Below, piece after piece: positions 1-9,871 of a stretch of 64,000 nt of DNA. The notes below the pieces were generated by a model, which saw only the letters and a program-made list of their open reading frames with translations, searched no databases and was not told the DNA's origin. The DNA is from Carpediemonas membranifera BICM (lineage: Eukaryota > Protista > Fornicata). The stretch is from positions 372,001 through 436,000 of the forward strand of contig JAHDYR010000002.1 in the NCBI GenBank assembly GCA_019828565.1, in the 5' to 3' direction. The stretch's first letter is position 1, and every line of letters begins with the position of its first letter. The position numbers were made by a program, and so were the translations under genes.

Positions 1-353
1 TTGTTCACAGAGTAGATGGAGTGGCCGCCAGGGAGCATGGCGGCTGTGGAGACGTCGTCGGCGTAGCATAGGAGGCCTACGTCTGCGATGGGGAGGTAGC
101 CGATGATTGCAGGGGTAACAATCTTGCGGATGATGCCCTTCTTGCCCTTCTTGTCCATGGCGTACTTCTCTCTGATGAAAGTAAGTGCCTCGTCCTCGTT
201 ATTGAACGTATCAATGCCCCGCTTGCCAGAAAACAAGAGCTCGCCGGTTGACGGGTCAATCGAAAAGACCTGAGTATCACTGCGCCAGCATAGCGTACTG
301 ATTATAAAATAGGACTTGTTGTATAGTTGAACGATGCAGTGGCGCGAACGCAT
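1..353 (-). CDS. SAC9-like phosphoinositide phosphatase, N-terminal part (runs off the left edge; not in the ORF track)
   Basis: Manual translation from ATG at 353: MRSRHCIVQLYNKSYFIISTLCWRSDTQVFSIDPSTGELLFSGKRGIDTFNNEDEALTFI...AIIGY...LPGGHSIYSV. This closely follows the plant SAC9 N-terminus as recalled (DTQVIYIDPTTG.L.Y.GK.G.D.F.SE.EAL.YI...AILGY...LPGG..VYTV). Catalytic domain lies outside the window. Confidence 0.75.
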   Translation of the reverse strand, partial: MRSRHCIVQLYNKSYFIISTLCWRSDTQVFSIDPSTGELLFSGKRGIDTFNNEDEALTFIREKYAMDKKGKKGIIRKIVTPAIIGYLPIADVGLLCYADDVSTAAMLPGGHSIYSVN

Positions 354-510
354 TCAGTTCTGCCACCCGTTCTTTCGTCGTAATCTTTTTTCCAAAACTT
401 TCCAAGACTCTGAACGGGACGGTGCAAGCTAGCTGGGGCTTGCCCACTCGAATGGCGCTGCCCCACACATACCTGGGTTGGCCGTTGAACTCGTCAAAAA
501 TCGGAGCAAG

Positions 511-2445
511 ATGACTGTCACGAGCTATGCGAGCTTGTTGGAGCACTTGCAGCAATGTGCTGATAACAACAACCTTATAGAAATACTAGAACGTCGATCT
601 CAGACGGATTTACTCTCGTGGGCGCTCCAGCGGACGAGTAGTACTGAAGATGCCACGATGCTGCAAGTGAGCCTCTCTATCCAGCTCACAAAGAACATGA
701 AGGCGTTCGAGTTCCTCTGTAGTACGTTATGCGAGTTTCTCCTCGCCGAACTCCGTCTTATGACCATCAACTTCATCAAAACCATCGACGATGAGAATGA
801 AGAGACGATCGAGCTTCTAACTGAGTTTGCAGAGACACTTCCGACCGCTATGGTCCCACAAGACGGCATAGCAGCCCTCATTTCTCTCGGGATCCCCGCG
901 CTCTGCAGTGAGGCCATCTCTATGGCGGCCACCACATCCTTCCACCACCTTGTCACGAAACCACCGGATTGCCCGTTCTATGACACCCTCAAGCGCCTCA
1001 TTAGCCAGGTAATCACCCCACTTCTCCAAAAATGGGGTGTTCAAGCAATATCAGTCGAGAAATCGTCGCGCGACGGCCTCGCAATCGCAAGAGCGGCAGG
1101 CATATTCGACTTGGCCAAAGAGTGGCCGGATAGCGCTCAAACCGTGGCTGACATCACAAAGGCCATGACCGACGGAATGCCAAGAGACGTCATCCTGAAT
1201 ACATTGTCGGAAGCTCTCGCTACTGCTGTCAATACACGCCTGCTGCTGCCATCGGTCACACCCTCGGTCATTATGACAATGCTGTCTTGTCTCCATGGCA
1301 CACTGACTGCGGTCGGGGCTGGATCTATTATTTCTACCGTATCTTCCCTAATCTCGTCATATATCTCCAGAGCGGATTTGAAATCTATAGATCTCATTCC
1401 TGCTGTTCTTGAGAACATAGACGAGCTTCGTGTGGACGGCGCTGAGGCTGCTGTCTTCGACCCTCAACCCATGTGCGTGGGTCATTCTAAGGAGCTTTCA
1501 CTCGCCTCCATTTTCGTCCAAATCTTTGGCGGAGAGACGAAATTTGTGAACGCGCTTCATGCTAAGATGTGTCTGGATCTTATCGGTCCCTCTGTGAAAG
1601 AAGTGGCGCTCGAATGGACTGGCACTGTGGAAAAGCTCAAGCGTGTGATCGCCGCGGACAAGCTCGTGCCCATGGATGTCGTGTTGCACGATATTGCTGA
1701 AACTAGGCGTACAATTGCTACTGCGAAGACTTCCATGGCCCCAGCAAGACTCCAAGCACTCCAAGCACAATCAGTCACAATCATTTCACACGAATATTGG
1801 GCTGAAGTGGAAGATCAAGACTATATGAGCTACGCAGCTTATCCCCGTAATATCGCTTGGGCGATCAAGGTAGTGGCCGACGAGTTCCACACCCTCAAGG
1901 CACCGAGGCACCTGGTACCCACTGATTACGGCATTGTGACACTCGCGATTGAAGGAAAGGACGTGACCTGCTCCCCACTCGAAGCTGTGGTCATATCTCA
2001 GTTTGAATCTCGCGAATCTTGCGATATCTCAGATATTGTCAAGAACTCATTTGACGGCCTGCCGCCATCGCTTTCCAATGAGGCCTCTGACGCAGTGAAG
2101 CGCGCGGTTGACACGTGGATCCAGCGCGGCGTCCTTGTTCGGTCGGGCAAGACCCTCTCTGTGTCAGACCAACGGGGGCCAGTTATTAGCCACGGCGACG
2201 ACGGTTCGGGACCTGCTAGTGCATGGGATGAGGCTGGGGACAAGGTCTGGGCCTGGCTCAAGCCATTCCTTGCCAGTCGACCCGCGGACCTGCCTGGGCT
2301 GACTCTGGCGAAGCTCCATCAGGTGATGTGCGCCTTTGTGGGGACCTGGCGAGGCAGGACGGAGGTCGAGACTGAGCGGCTGCTCATGGATGCCGTGGGG
2401 CAGGGGCTGCTGGTGCGGGCGGACGGTGTGTTCAAGCTGGCGTGA
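511..2445 (+). CDS. APC2: Anaphase-promoting complex subunit 2 (cullin-homology protein)
   Basis: First ATG at 511. Cullin-homology motifs IFVQIFGGETKFVN, KLK...MDVVLHDIAETRRTI, IISHEYW, EFHTLKAPRHL...GIVTL...SPLEAVVISQF. C-terminal winged-helix LTLAKLHQVM...GLLVRADGVFKL is typical of APC2. Confidence 0.8.
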   Translation: MTVTSYASLLEHLQQCADNNNLIEILERRSQTDLLSWALQRTSSTEDATMLQVSLSIQLTKNMKAFEFLCSTLCEFLLAELRLMTINFIKTIDDENEETIELLTEFAETLPTAMVPQDGIAALISLGIPALCSEAISMAATTSFHHLVTKPPDCPFYDTLKRLISQVITPLLQKWGVQAISVEKSSRDGLAIARAAGIFDLAKEWPDSAQTVADITKAMTDGMPRDVILNTLSEALATAVNTRLLLPSVTPSVIMTMLSCLHGTLTAVGAGSIISTVSSLISSYISRADLKSIDLIPAVLENIDELRVDGAEAAVFDPQPMCVGHSKELSLASIFVQIFGGETKFVNALHAKMCLDLIGPSVKEVALEWTGTVEKLKRVIAADKLVPMDVVLHDIAETRRTIATAKTSMAPARLQALQAQSVTIISHEYWAEVEDQDYMSYAAYPRNIAWAIKVVADEFHTLKAPRHLVPTDYGIVTLAIEGKDVTCSPLEAVVISQFESRESCDISDIVKNSFDGLPPSLSNEASDAVKRAVDTWIQRGVLVRSGKTLSVSDQRGPVISHGDDGSGPASAWDEAGDKVWAWLKPFLASRPADLPGLTLAKLHQVMCAFVGTWRGRTEVETERLLMDAVGQGLLVRADGVFKLA

Positions 2446-2676
2446 GGGCGATGTGTCATTGGTCCCGATAAACTTGCGAAGCTCGCTTGGGATGCGTCGC
2501 CGCGCAGTCGTCGGTGAATAATGGGCATCCACTCAGGCCCCTGATAGTGGGCGCGGAGTCCCTTGGCAGCGGATACTCGTTGCATGCGAGATCTGTCGTG
2601 GTGTTGACTGGTCATGTCAATCATGTCAAAGTCACAGGGTCACACAAGTTTGACTGTTGTGTTGAGAAAAGACGAC

Positions 2677-4324
2677 ATGGCCAACAAAGACAAGACGGCT
2701 CTTGATGCATTGACAGCGGCCCATAAGCTATCAATCACTACCACGAACAGTATTGCAGGCGATGTTCCCTCGCTCATTGACTGCGCATGCCGACGCCAAT
2801 TGGAACAAGCTTCACTGATGTCCAGAATGCTGTTCGCGTTCAGGACGTTCAGGAGTAGACATGCTACCAACGATACACCGCAAGACGCCAAGAAACTTGA
2901 TTCCCTCACCGCCATGCTCTCCGAGACCCCCCTCTCGAGCCAGCCGCGCAAGTCCTCCTCGACCGCGCCCGCTCGATCATCACCAACAGCCCCCCGCTGT
3001 CCATGAACGTCGAGCTCGCGGCGGGGCAGGCGCTCCCGGCCGCCCTGCACACACTCAACCAGGGCGCGGTGTGGGCGTGTCTGCTGGGTGGCGGGGCCAA
3101 CCCAGACCTCGAGGACAGGGTGCTGGAGGAGTATCCAGAGGAGTGGCCAGACGCCATCGAGATGCGTGACAAGATCTACAAGGCTCTCACGCCCGAGGCC
3201 AAGTGCCTCTGGTTCCTCTGCCGCAAGTTCTTCTTCACCTGGAACGTCGCCGAGAAGGACGGCGAGAGCTGTCAGTGGAATGCATTCGGGAGATGCTACC
3301 ACCACCGCATGTACATGGGCCGACTCTTCATGCTCTGCATTGATGATTACGACACCTCTTTCACTAGGGCCAGAATGCCCAGGGCCCTCGAGGTCTACAG
3401 CGACGGGGCCACCCACATCGCAAGGACGCCCAAGGGCCTGTGGGGCTGGGGGCATAACGATGTGGCTCACCTGGGGTTCAAGACATCTGGCTTCGTCGAC
3501 CCGACCCGCCTCACCTTCCCAGCTGCCCCAAGGTCACCGAGCTCGAGGCCAGCCTGCCCCCCTGGGAGAAGCACAGGATGGTGACTGATGTGTCGATGAA
3601 GGGATATCGGACGTTCATCCTCACCCCAGTCGGCACTGTCATGGCCGGCTTCAATGCTCAGAGATATGTCGGCCCAGTCGACCGGGCGATCAGGAATCAC
3701 TTCCACCCAGTCGCTGTGCCACCTGGCTTTGTCCCAGATCACATCATGCAGGGTAGCAGAGTTGCCATCCTCTCCATGGGCGATCGGCAGATGATCAGCG
3801 GGAGCAACTGGGATGGCCGCCTGGGACTCGGGCACGAGAATTGGGTGACCGGCTTCGTCGACCTGCCCTTCAGGGTTGACCGGGTCATGTCCGAATGGTT
3901 CTTCAACATATTCCTCAGCGGCCGCCAGCCGCTCTTCGCCGGGATGGTTCTCAAGCACATCGCCCAGTCGGGCCTGCTTCCGGGATTCAATCAGCGCGAC
4001 ATCTGCCTCACACCCACCCCGCTCCGGTTCCCTGAGAGGGTCAAGGGGTTCTTCGCATCAAACTTCGACCTGATCTGGGTCACCGAGGGCAAGAGCCATT
4101 ATTGTAAGCATCATGAAGAACCCATCATTCTCCCCTTCGAGGCGACAGCTTTCAGCAGTTGCAGCTTCTGTAAGTGCGGCCAGTGGTTCAGGCCGTTGAA
4201 AGACTTGGATGAAGCTATTGAGATGGAAGACTGCGAGGCGCCGCCTCGTTCAGATGTGCATATGATCGTCACCGTCGACGTCGACCCGTGGACCCCGGGC
4301 GCCGAAGAGTCGACTGAATTGTAA
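2677..4324 (+). pseudogene. Dispersed RCC1/BLIP-II-like family, copy C1 (N-module type A; two 1-bp frameshifts at C-runs, possibly sequencing errors)
   Basis: Near-identical framework to five other copies, with RCC1-like GLWGWG..LGF and SGSNWDGRLGLGH motifs. Frame breaks at C-run 2927-2932 and CCC 3518-3520 join ORFs 2614-3006, 3003-3584 and 3578-4324. Confidence 0.75.
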
Positions 4325-4679
4325 AGTGATATTGACTCCAGTTGAGTCGGGTCCGAGTCGGCTTCCCAGCGATAAATCACAGCTGAACGCGACTACTGGC
4401 GGGAAGGCTTGAGAATGGTACGGGTATCCCATTCGTGGTACCCTAGAGACTAGAGCCTTAGCTCCTCGCCACGTGGCACCAACAGATCCACCGTGTCACT
4501 TTCCTGCCAGCTGCGGCATCCCAGCCGACCTCGGATTCACATATGGCGGAGAATGACGTGATTTGCGCGTCTATCCGAGTTGCGATGCTCGGGTGTCATG
4601 CTAATCAACTGATTATGCTGTAAAGATTGGTTGCAGGAAATGACATGCGCGACGTATCTCGCTTCGTTTGACAAACAGA

Positions 4680-7526
4680 ATGGAAGATCTTCACAACAAA
4701 AGCTATGAGCACTTGCTTGCACGATTGGAGCAACGAAAGAAGCGCGTGGAGGTCCTCAGGCGCAGCGTAGCCAACAAACAGGCCAGCTGTGCTGTTTTGT
4801 TGGACGCTCTCTGCAAATCTCCCATCCTTTGTTGCGTTCTTAGCTCCAAGTTCGAGTTCATCAAGGTGAACGCCTCCGTCAAACAACTCTACACGCGAAA
4901 CGAACGAAGCCGCCTTCTCTCCGCTGTTGAACACGTGATCGGCAAGTTGTCTCCTGAACACACGAAAGCTGTCTTCTATGACACCATCAGCGGCCCAGAT
5001 GCACCTATACGCATTTCCTGGACGGTTGTCGCCTCCTACTCGAGCGCCGGCCGCCTCCGTCGCGCCATGATGATCGGTTCCCGAGTCAACGAGACCAGCC
5101 GCAAGCGCACAGAGCTTCTCCACAACTGGCAGCGTGATAATTTACCCGCGCTGCCGAAGTCCTTCAACATTTACCAAATGATGGACCTCTTCCGTGCCGA
5201 AGGCTTCTTCGTGATGGTCCTGGGCCACCAGTTTCCGCAAGGCTATCGGTTGCTCATGGTCAGCAAGGTTCTAGAGGATATATGGGGTAGCTCTGCCGAG
5301 GAGCTTTGTGCCAACCCCTTTGCGTGGGCGAAAGCCATACACCCCGATGACTATGAGGCTACTCACGCCGTCCTCATCGAATTCATTCGTGGCGACAAGG
5401 AGCAGTTCAGAGTTCGGCATAGAGTCATATCAAAGGCTACGGGAGCGGTGCGGTGGGTTCAGGCGGTGGCCACTGCCTTCGTCGATGACGTCGGGGTGCG
5501 AGTTCAAGCCTTCGGATCAGTGACAGATGTTACAGAGATCGTCGAGGAGGAGGAGAAAGCCGAGCGCACTAAGGAGAAGATGGAGCAGCTTACCAAGTAC
5601 GCTGACGCTGTTCTATGGGTTGCGTCGCTCCGAGACTCGTCGTATAAGCTTCAGTACGTCTCCAACGCTTGGACACGATGGACTGGTCTATCTAGCGAGG
5701 AGATTGTTGGCGACAACGACGCGCTCCAACTCACACTACCCGAGGACCAAGCAGAGTGGCTCGCTCGCCGCCTCAAGTTCTTCCACCAGGGCCGGTCTGG
5801 GCTATCGGTGATGTATGACCTCCACAACGTCCAGACGGGCGAGGTAACCACTGCGCTGAACACTGCTGTGCTGCTAAGGAACAGCGAAGGCGACCCAGTC
5901 GCGAGTGTGGGCATCGCCAAGTCTGTCACGGAGCTCGTTCGCGCGCAGGATAAGCTCAAGGAAGTGAATGAGATGTTTGTGCAGATGGCTGAAACTATCG
6001 ACAACGCGTGGTTCGTGACTGTGAGAGTGTTCAAGGACCCTGACGGGAACATCGTCGATGAGTTCGGCAACATCGGATCGCCTAAGCCGCTTCATGTCAC
6101 ACGTAGCTGTTACGATATCTTCGAGCTCACCGCGGATGAGCTAATCAACACGCCCGGCGCCTGGCATAAGCACATCGACCCTGACGAGCTGCCAACCATG
6201 AAACGAGAGGTCAAGGAGTACTACACAAGAGCAATCGACGACCCTGCCACCGCCAGTTTCGATTACATACACAAGCTGAAGATGCCGGATGGGAGGATTA
6301 AGTATGCGTTGATTAGATCGAAGCCGATTCTCAATAGTAGAGGCGAGCTTGATGGATTTGCCGGAACTATCTCTGATGTATCCAAAATCGTCCAGATTCA
6401 GAGAGATTTGGCAGACTATATCGAGAAATCGAATCAGATCATGGATAATATTGAGACCATCATCGTCCTGTTCCAGATCATACCCGAAAAGCACGACATC
6501 CAGATCAACCTCGTCAGCCGCTACTTTGAGCGCTTCACTGGCCATCCCATCAGTGAAGTCCTCAACAAGAATCTCGCCACCTGGCTCAACCTTGTGGTCC
6601 ACCCCGCCGACCGCCAGTTTGTCTCAGATCAGGTTTTCGAGTTCGAGGCGACTCATGACTGTACGCGACACTTCCAGCAGCGGATGCTTCGGGTTGATGG
6701 GAGTACTGTTTATGCGGATGTCAAGTTTACTAGGGTTGAGGGGGCGGGTGAGGGTGGGTTCGACCTTGTGGTTGGGACACTTACGGATATCACGGAGATT
6801 GTGACTGCCCACAATGATTTGAACACTATCGAGCAGCAGATGCACAAGACTCAGAAGTTGGAGAGTTTGGGTGTTTTGTCAGAAGGTATAGCGTGTGATC
6901 TTAAGGATCTTCTCATGATTATTGTGGGCAACGCTGACCTAGCCCTTGAGATGATCGGTGACACCAACAAGCCCGTACGGATTCTCCTGTTAGAGATAAT
7001 TGAGGCCGTGACCAAGTCAAACGCCTTCACCGACCAGCTCCTGTCGTACGCCGGCAAGGGTAAGTATTTTGTCAGCGAACTCAACCTTTCTTCCGCTATC
7101 GGTCTGATGCAGGGCTTCCTGATGGGGTTGAATGTCCCAGATCACATCACAGTGCACTGGAACTTGGCCCCAGAAACTCAGCTTCCACTGGTTGCAGCCG
7201 ATAAGGTCCAGCTTGCCCAGGTGCTTCTTGCTCTCATCACGAACGGCATTGAAGCGATTGGGACACAGAGTGGCACCATTACCGTTTCCACTGGCTTTGA
7301 CACTGAGCGTGACAAGGTGTTCGTGCGAGTAGCGGACACAGGCTGCGGGATGCCGGTGGAGGTCAGGGAACGTATGTTCGACCCCTTTTACAGCACCAAG
7401 TTTACTGGGCGGGGGTTGGGCATGGCGACTGTCAAGGGCATCGTCGACACTCACCACGGGGCCATAGAGATCGACTCTTCTGTGGGTTCTGGGACTATTG
7501 TCACTGTGTTTTTTAGGCATCTGTGA
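4680..7526 (+). CDS. Multi-PAS/PAC sensor histidine kinase-like protein (HisKA-like + HATPase_c, no receiver); H-box His replaced by Cys
   Basis: Repeated PAS/PAC motifs (AIHPDD, HIDPDE, VVHPAD; SVTDVT, TISDVS, TLTDIT). H-box region QKLESLGVLSEGIACDLKDLL. N box LITNGIEAI, G1 VADTGCGM, F box FDPFYSTK, G2 GRGLGMATV. Confidence 0.9.
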   Translation: MEDLHNKSYEHLLARLEQRKKRVEVLRRSVANKQASCAVLLDALCKSPILCCVLSSKFEFIKVNASVKQLYTRNERSRLLSAVEHVIGKLSPEHTKAVFYDTISGPDAPIRISWTVVASYSSAGRLRRAMMIGSRVNETSRKRTELLHNWQRDNLPALPKSFNIYQMMDLFRAEGFFVMVLGHQFPQGYRLLMVSKVLEDIWGSSAEELCANPFAWAKAIHPDDYEATHAVLIEFIRGDKEQFRVRHRVISKATGAVRWVQAVATAFVDDVGVRVQAFGSVTDVTEIVEEEEKAERTKEKMEQLTKYADAVLWVASLRDSSYKLQYVSNAWTRWTGLSSEEIVGDNDALQLTLPEDQAEWLARRLKFFHQGRSGLSVMYDLHNVQTGEVTTALNTAVLLRNSEGDPVASVGIAKSVTELVRAQDKLKEVNEMFVQMAETIDNAWFVTVRVFKDPDGNIVDEFGNIGSPKPLHVTRSCYDIFELTADELINTPGAWHKHIDPDELPTMKREVKEYYTRAIDDPATASFDYIHKLKMPDGRIKYALIRSKPILNSRGELDGFAGTISDVSKIVQIQRDLADYIEKSNQIMDNIETIIVLFQIIPEKHDIQINLVSRYFERFTGHPISEVLNKNLATWLNLVVHPADRQFVSDQVFEFEATHDCTRHFQQRMLRVDGSTVYADVKFTRVEGAGEGGFDLVVGTLTDITEIVTAHNDLNTIEQQMHKTQKLESLGVLSEGIACDLKDLLMIIVGNADLALEMIGDTNKPVRILLLEIIEAVTKSNAFTDQLLSYAGKGKYFVSELNLSSAIGLMQGFLMGLNVPDHITVHWNLAPETQLPLVAADKVQLAQVLLALITNGIEAIGTQSGTITVSTGFDTERDKVFVRVADTGCGMPVEVRERMFDPFYSTKFTGRGLGMATVKGIVDTHHGAIEIDSSVGSGTIVTVFFRHL

Positions 7527-7957
7527 GGCTGTGTCGCGTGTACTTTTATTAAAAATTCATGTGGTATGGGATTATGGCGGACAGGCTATGGCCTAGAGAG
7601 CACGCCTTTGATATCAGCTAGTGGAGGGCACAGATCTTGCACTTCGCACCACATTATTGAGCGGCCACCTTGTTCCGCCAGTGGTCATGATGACGAGCGA
7701 CGATAGCCAGAACCGGAGGCCAACCAACAGCACTAGGTCAACTGCTATGGTGCTCTTCCCAGTGCTCTCCCGGTTATCTGAGATGACCGAGATTGGTTGT
7801 TAGGATGTCCCCCCAAGACCAGGGGACACTGGGTCTGGCCGAGATGTTCCGCTCACCCATGCTCACTTTACTACTTTCTAATTCTGCGAGCTGAGCCATT
7901 CGGCTTTCCCGGTTGCCATCAGGTTTATGAGCACCCTGGACCCTCGGCTGATGAACT

Positions 7958-9609
7958 CTAAATGGGGATTTTAGTTGCGGTTCTGATGACTTGCTGGAGT
8001 AGAACTTTACAGAAGAACTTTACACCGACCTTTACATGAGTCTGAAGATGTCTATCTGTCGAGACGGGCATCTGAATGCCCGTCTCGCCCGGGGTCCACG
8101 CGTCGACGTCGACAGTGACGATTGTATGCAAATTTGAACGAGCCGGCACCTCGCACTCTTCCATCTCAGCCACTTCGCCCGAGCCATGTGACGCCTCGAA
8201 CCACTGGCCGGCCGGGTTGCAGAAGGAGCCCTTACAGAAACTTGTCGCTTCGAAGGGGAGAATGATGGGTTCTTCATGATGCTTACAATAATGGGTCTTG
8301 CCCTCGGTGACCCAGATCAGCTCTTGGCGTGATATGAAGAACCCCTTGACCCTCTCAGGGAACCGGAGCGGGGTGGGTGTGAGGCAGATGTCGCGCTGAT
8401 TGAATCCCGGAAGCAGGCCCGACTGGGCGATATGCTTGAGAACCATCCCAGCGAAGAGCGGCTGGCGGCTGCTGAGGAATACGTTGAAGGAATCTGACAC
8501 GATCCGGTCAACCCTGAAGGGCAGGTCGACGAAGCCGGTCACCCAATTCTCGTGCCCGAGTCCCAGGCGGCCATCCCAGTTGCTCCCGCTGATCATCTGC
8601 CGATCGCCCATGGAGAGGATGGCAACTCTGCTACCCTGCATGATATGATCTGGGACAAAGCCAGGTGGCACAGCGACTGGGTGGAAGTGGAGCTCGTTCT
8701 CCACCTTGACTGGGCCGACATATCTCTGAGCATTGAAGCCAGTCATGACAGTGCCGGCTGGGGTGAGGATGAACGTCCGATATCCCTTCATCGACACATC
8801 AGTCACCATCATGTGCTTCTCCCAGGGGGGCAGGCTGGCCTCGAGCTCGGTGACCTTGGGGCAGCTGGGAAGGTGAGGCGGGTCGGGTCGACGAAGCCAG
8901 ATGTCTTGAACCCCAGGTGAGCCACATCGTTATGCCCCCAGCCCCACAGGCCCTTGGGCGTTCTGTCGATGTAGGTTGACCATTCGATATAGACTTCGAG
9001 GGCCCTGGGCATTCTGGCCCTAGTGAAAGAGGTGTCGTAATCATCAATGCAGAGCATGAAGAGTCGGCCCATGTACATGCGGTGGTGGTAGCATCTCCCG
9101 AATGCATTCCACTGACAGCTCTCGCCGTCCTTCTCGGCGACGTTCCAGGTGAAGAAGAACTTGCGGCAGAGGAACCAGAGGCACTTGGCCTCGGGCGTGA
9201 GAGCCTTGTAGATCTTGTCATACATCTTGGTAAGGTAAGCGCCCTGGTTGAGTGTGTGCAGGGCGGCCGGGAGCGCCTGCCCCGCCGCGAGCTCGACGTT
9301 CATGGACAGTGGGGGGCCACTGGTGAGGATCGAACGGGCGCGGTCGAGGAGGACTTGCGCGGCTGGCTCGAGAGGGGGGATCTCGGAGAGCATGGCGGTG
9401 AGGGAATCGAGCGATGCGGCACTGGTCGGTGTATTTGTGGTCTCTGCGTCGTGGATCGCGGGCATTTGCTCGTCGAAGTGCCTGGAGAAGGCCTCTTTGA
9501 GCAATGTGGGGACGTCCCCGGGGATCGAGGCGGTGATGGCGACTGAAAGACGGAATGCGGAGATAAGCACCTCTCTAGCAGCAACATGCGTGGAATCAGC
9601 GCTGCTCAT
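7958..9609 (-). pseudogene. Dispersed RCC1-like family, copy C2 (N-module type B; internal deletion after NQGA; one frameshift)
   Basis: ORFs 8809-9609 and 7958-8812 are joined by a 1-bp loss at GGG 8867-8869. Homologous to C1 and C3-C6. C-terminus extended past a fold-back at 8060-8087. Confidence 0.75.
8060..8087. repeat. Perfect 12-bp inverted repeat (fold-back) at the 3' end of copy C2
   Basis: CGAGACGGGCAT-ctga-ATGCCCGTCTCG read directly from the sequence. Confidence 0.9.
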
Positions 9610-9833
9610 CGCTCCCGGCGCTCAGTTCAGCGGATGTCAAATTCTGACTGCGGACTCGCCGACCGCCAGCCGTGAAGCCGACGTGGCGCCGCGATACACG
9701 CTCACAGCTGCGATACCAGCCGGAGCTGTCTCCCCAAGCAGCCGATGGAGGGCTCGCTTCACTCTGCCCAGCGGGTGTCTCAAGATGTTCACAACAGTCT
9801 TTATCACTCGGCGCCCGGGGTCCACGCGTCGAC
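8086..9833. repeat. 22-bp perfect direct repeat (8086-8107 and 9812-9833) bracketing copy C2
   Basis: CGCCCGGGGTCCACGCGTCGAC occurs at both positions. Confidence 0.9.
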
Positions 9834-9871
9834 ATCGAACCCCATTAAACCTTCACATCAACACAACACAA

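Noticed and set aside
4680-7526. Bacterial contamination as the source of the histidine kinase
   Set aside because: It is embedded between family copies and eukaryotic genes, with similar composition and no operon context.
7620-7830. Minus-strand peptide ISDNRESTGKSTIAVDLV resembling a Walker A of a decayed helicase, next to copy C2
   Set aside because: Short, no ATG-led ORF and no supporting motifs; could be chance. A tBLASTn against the genome would settle it.
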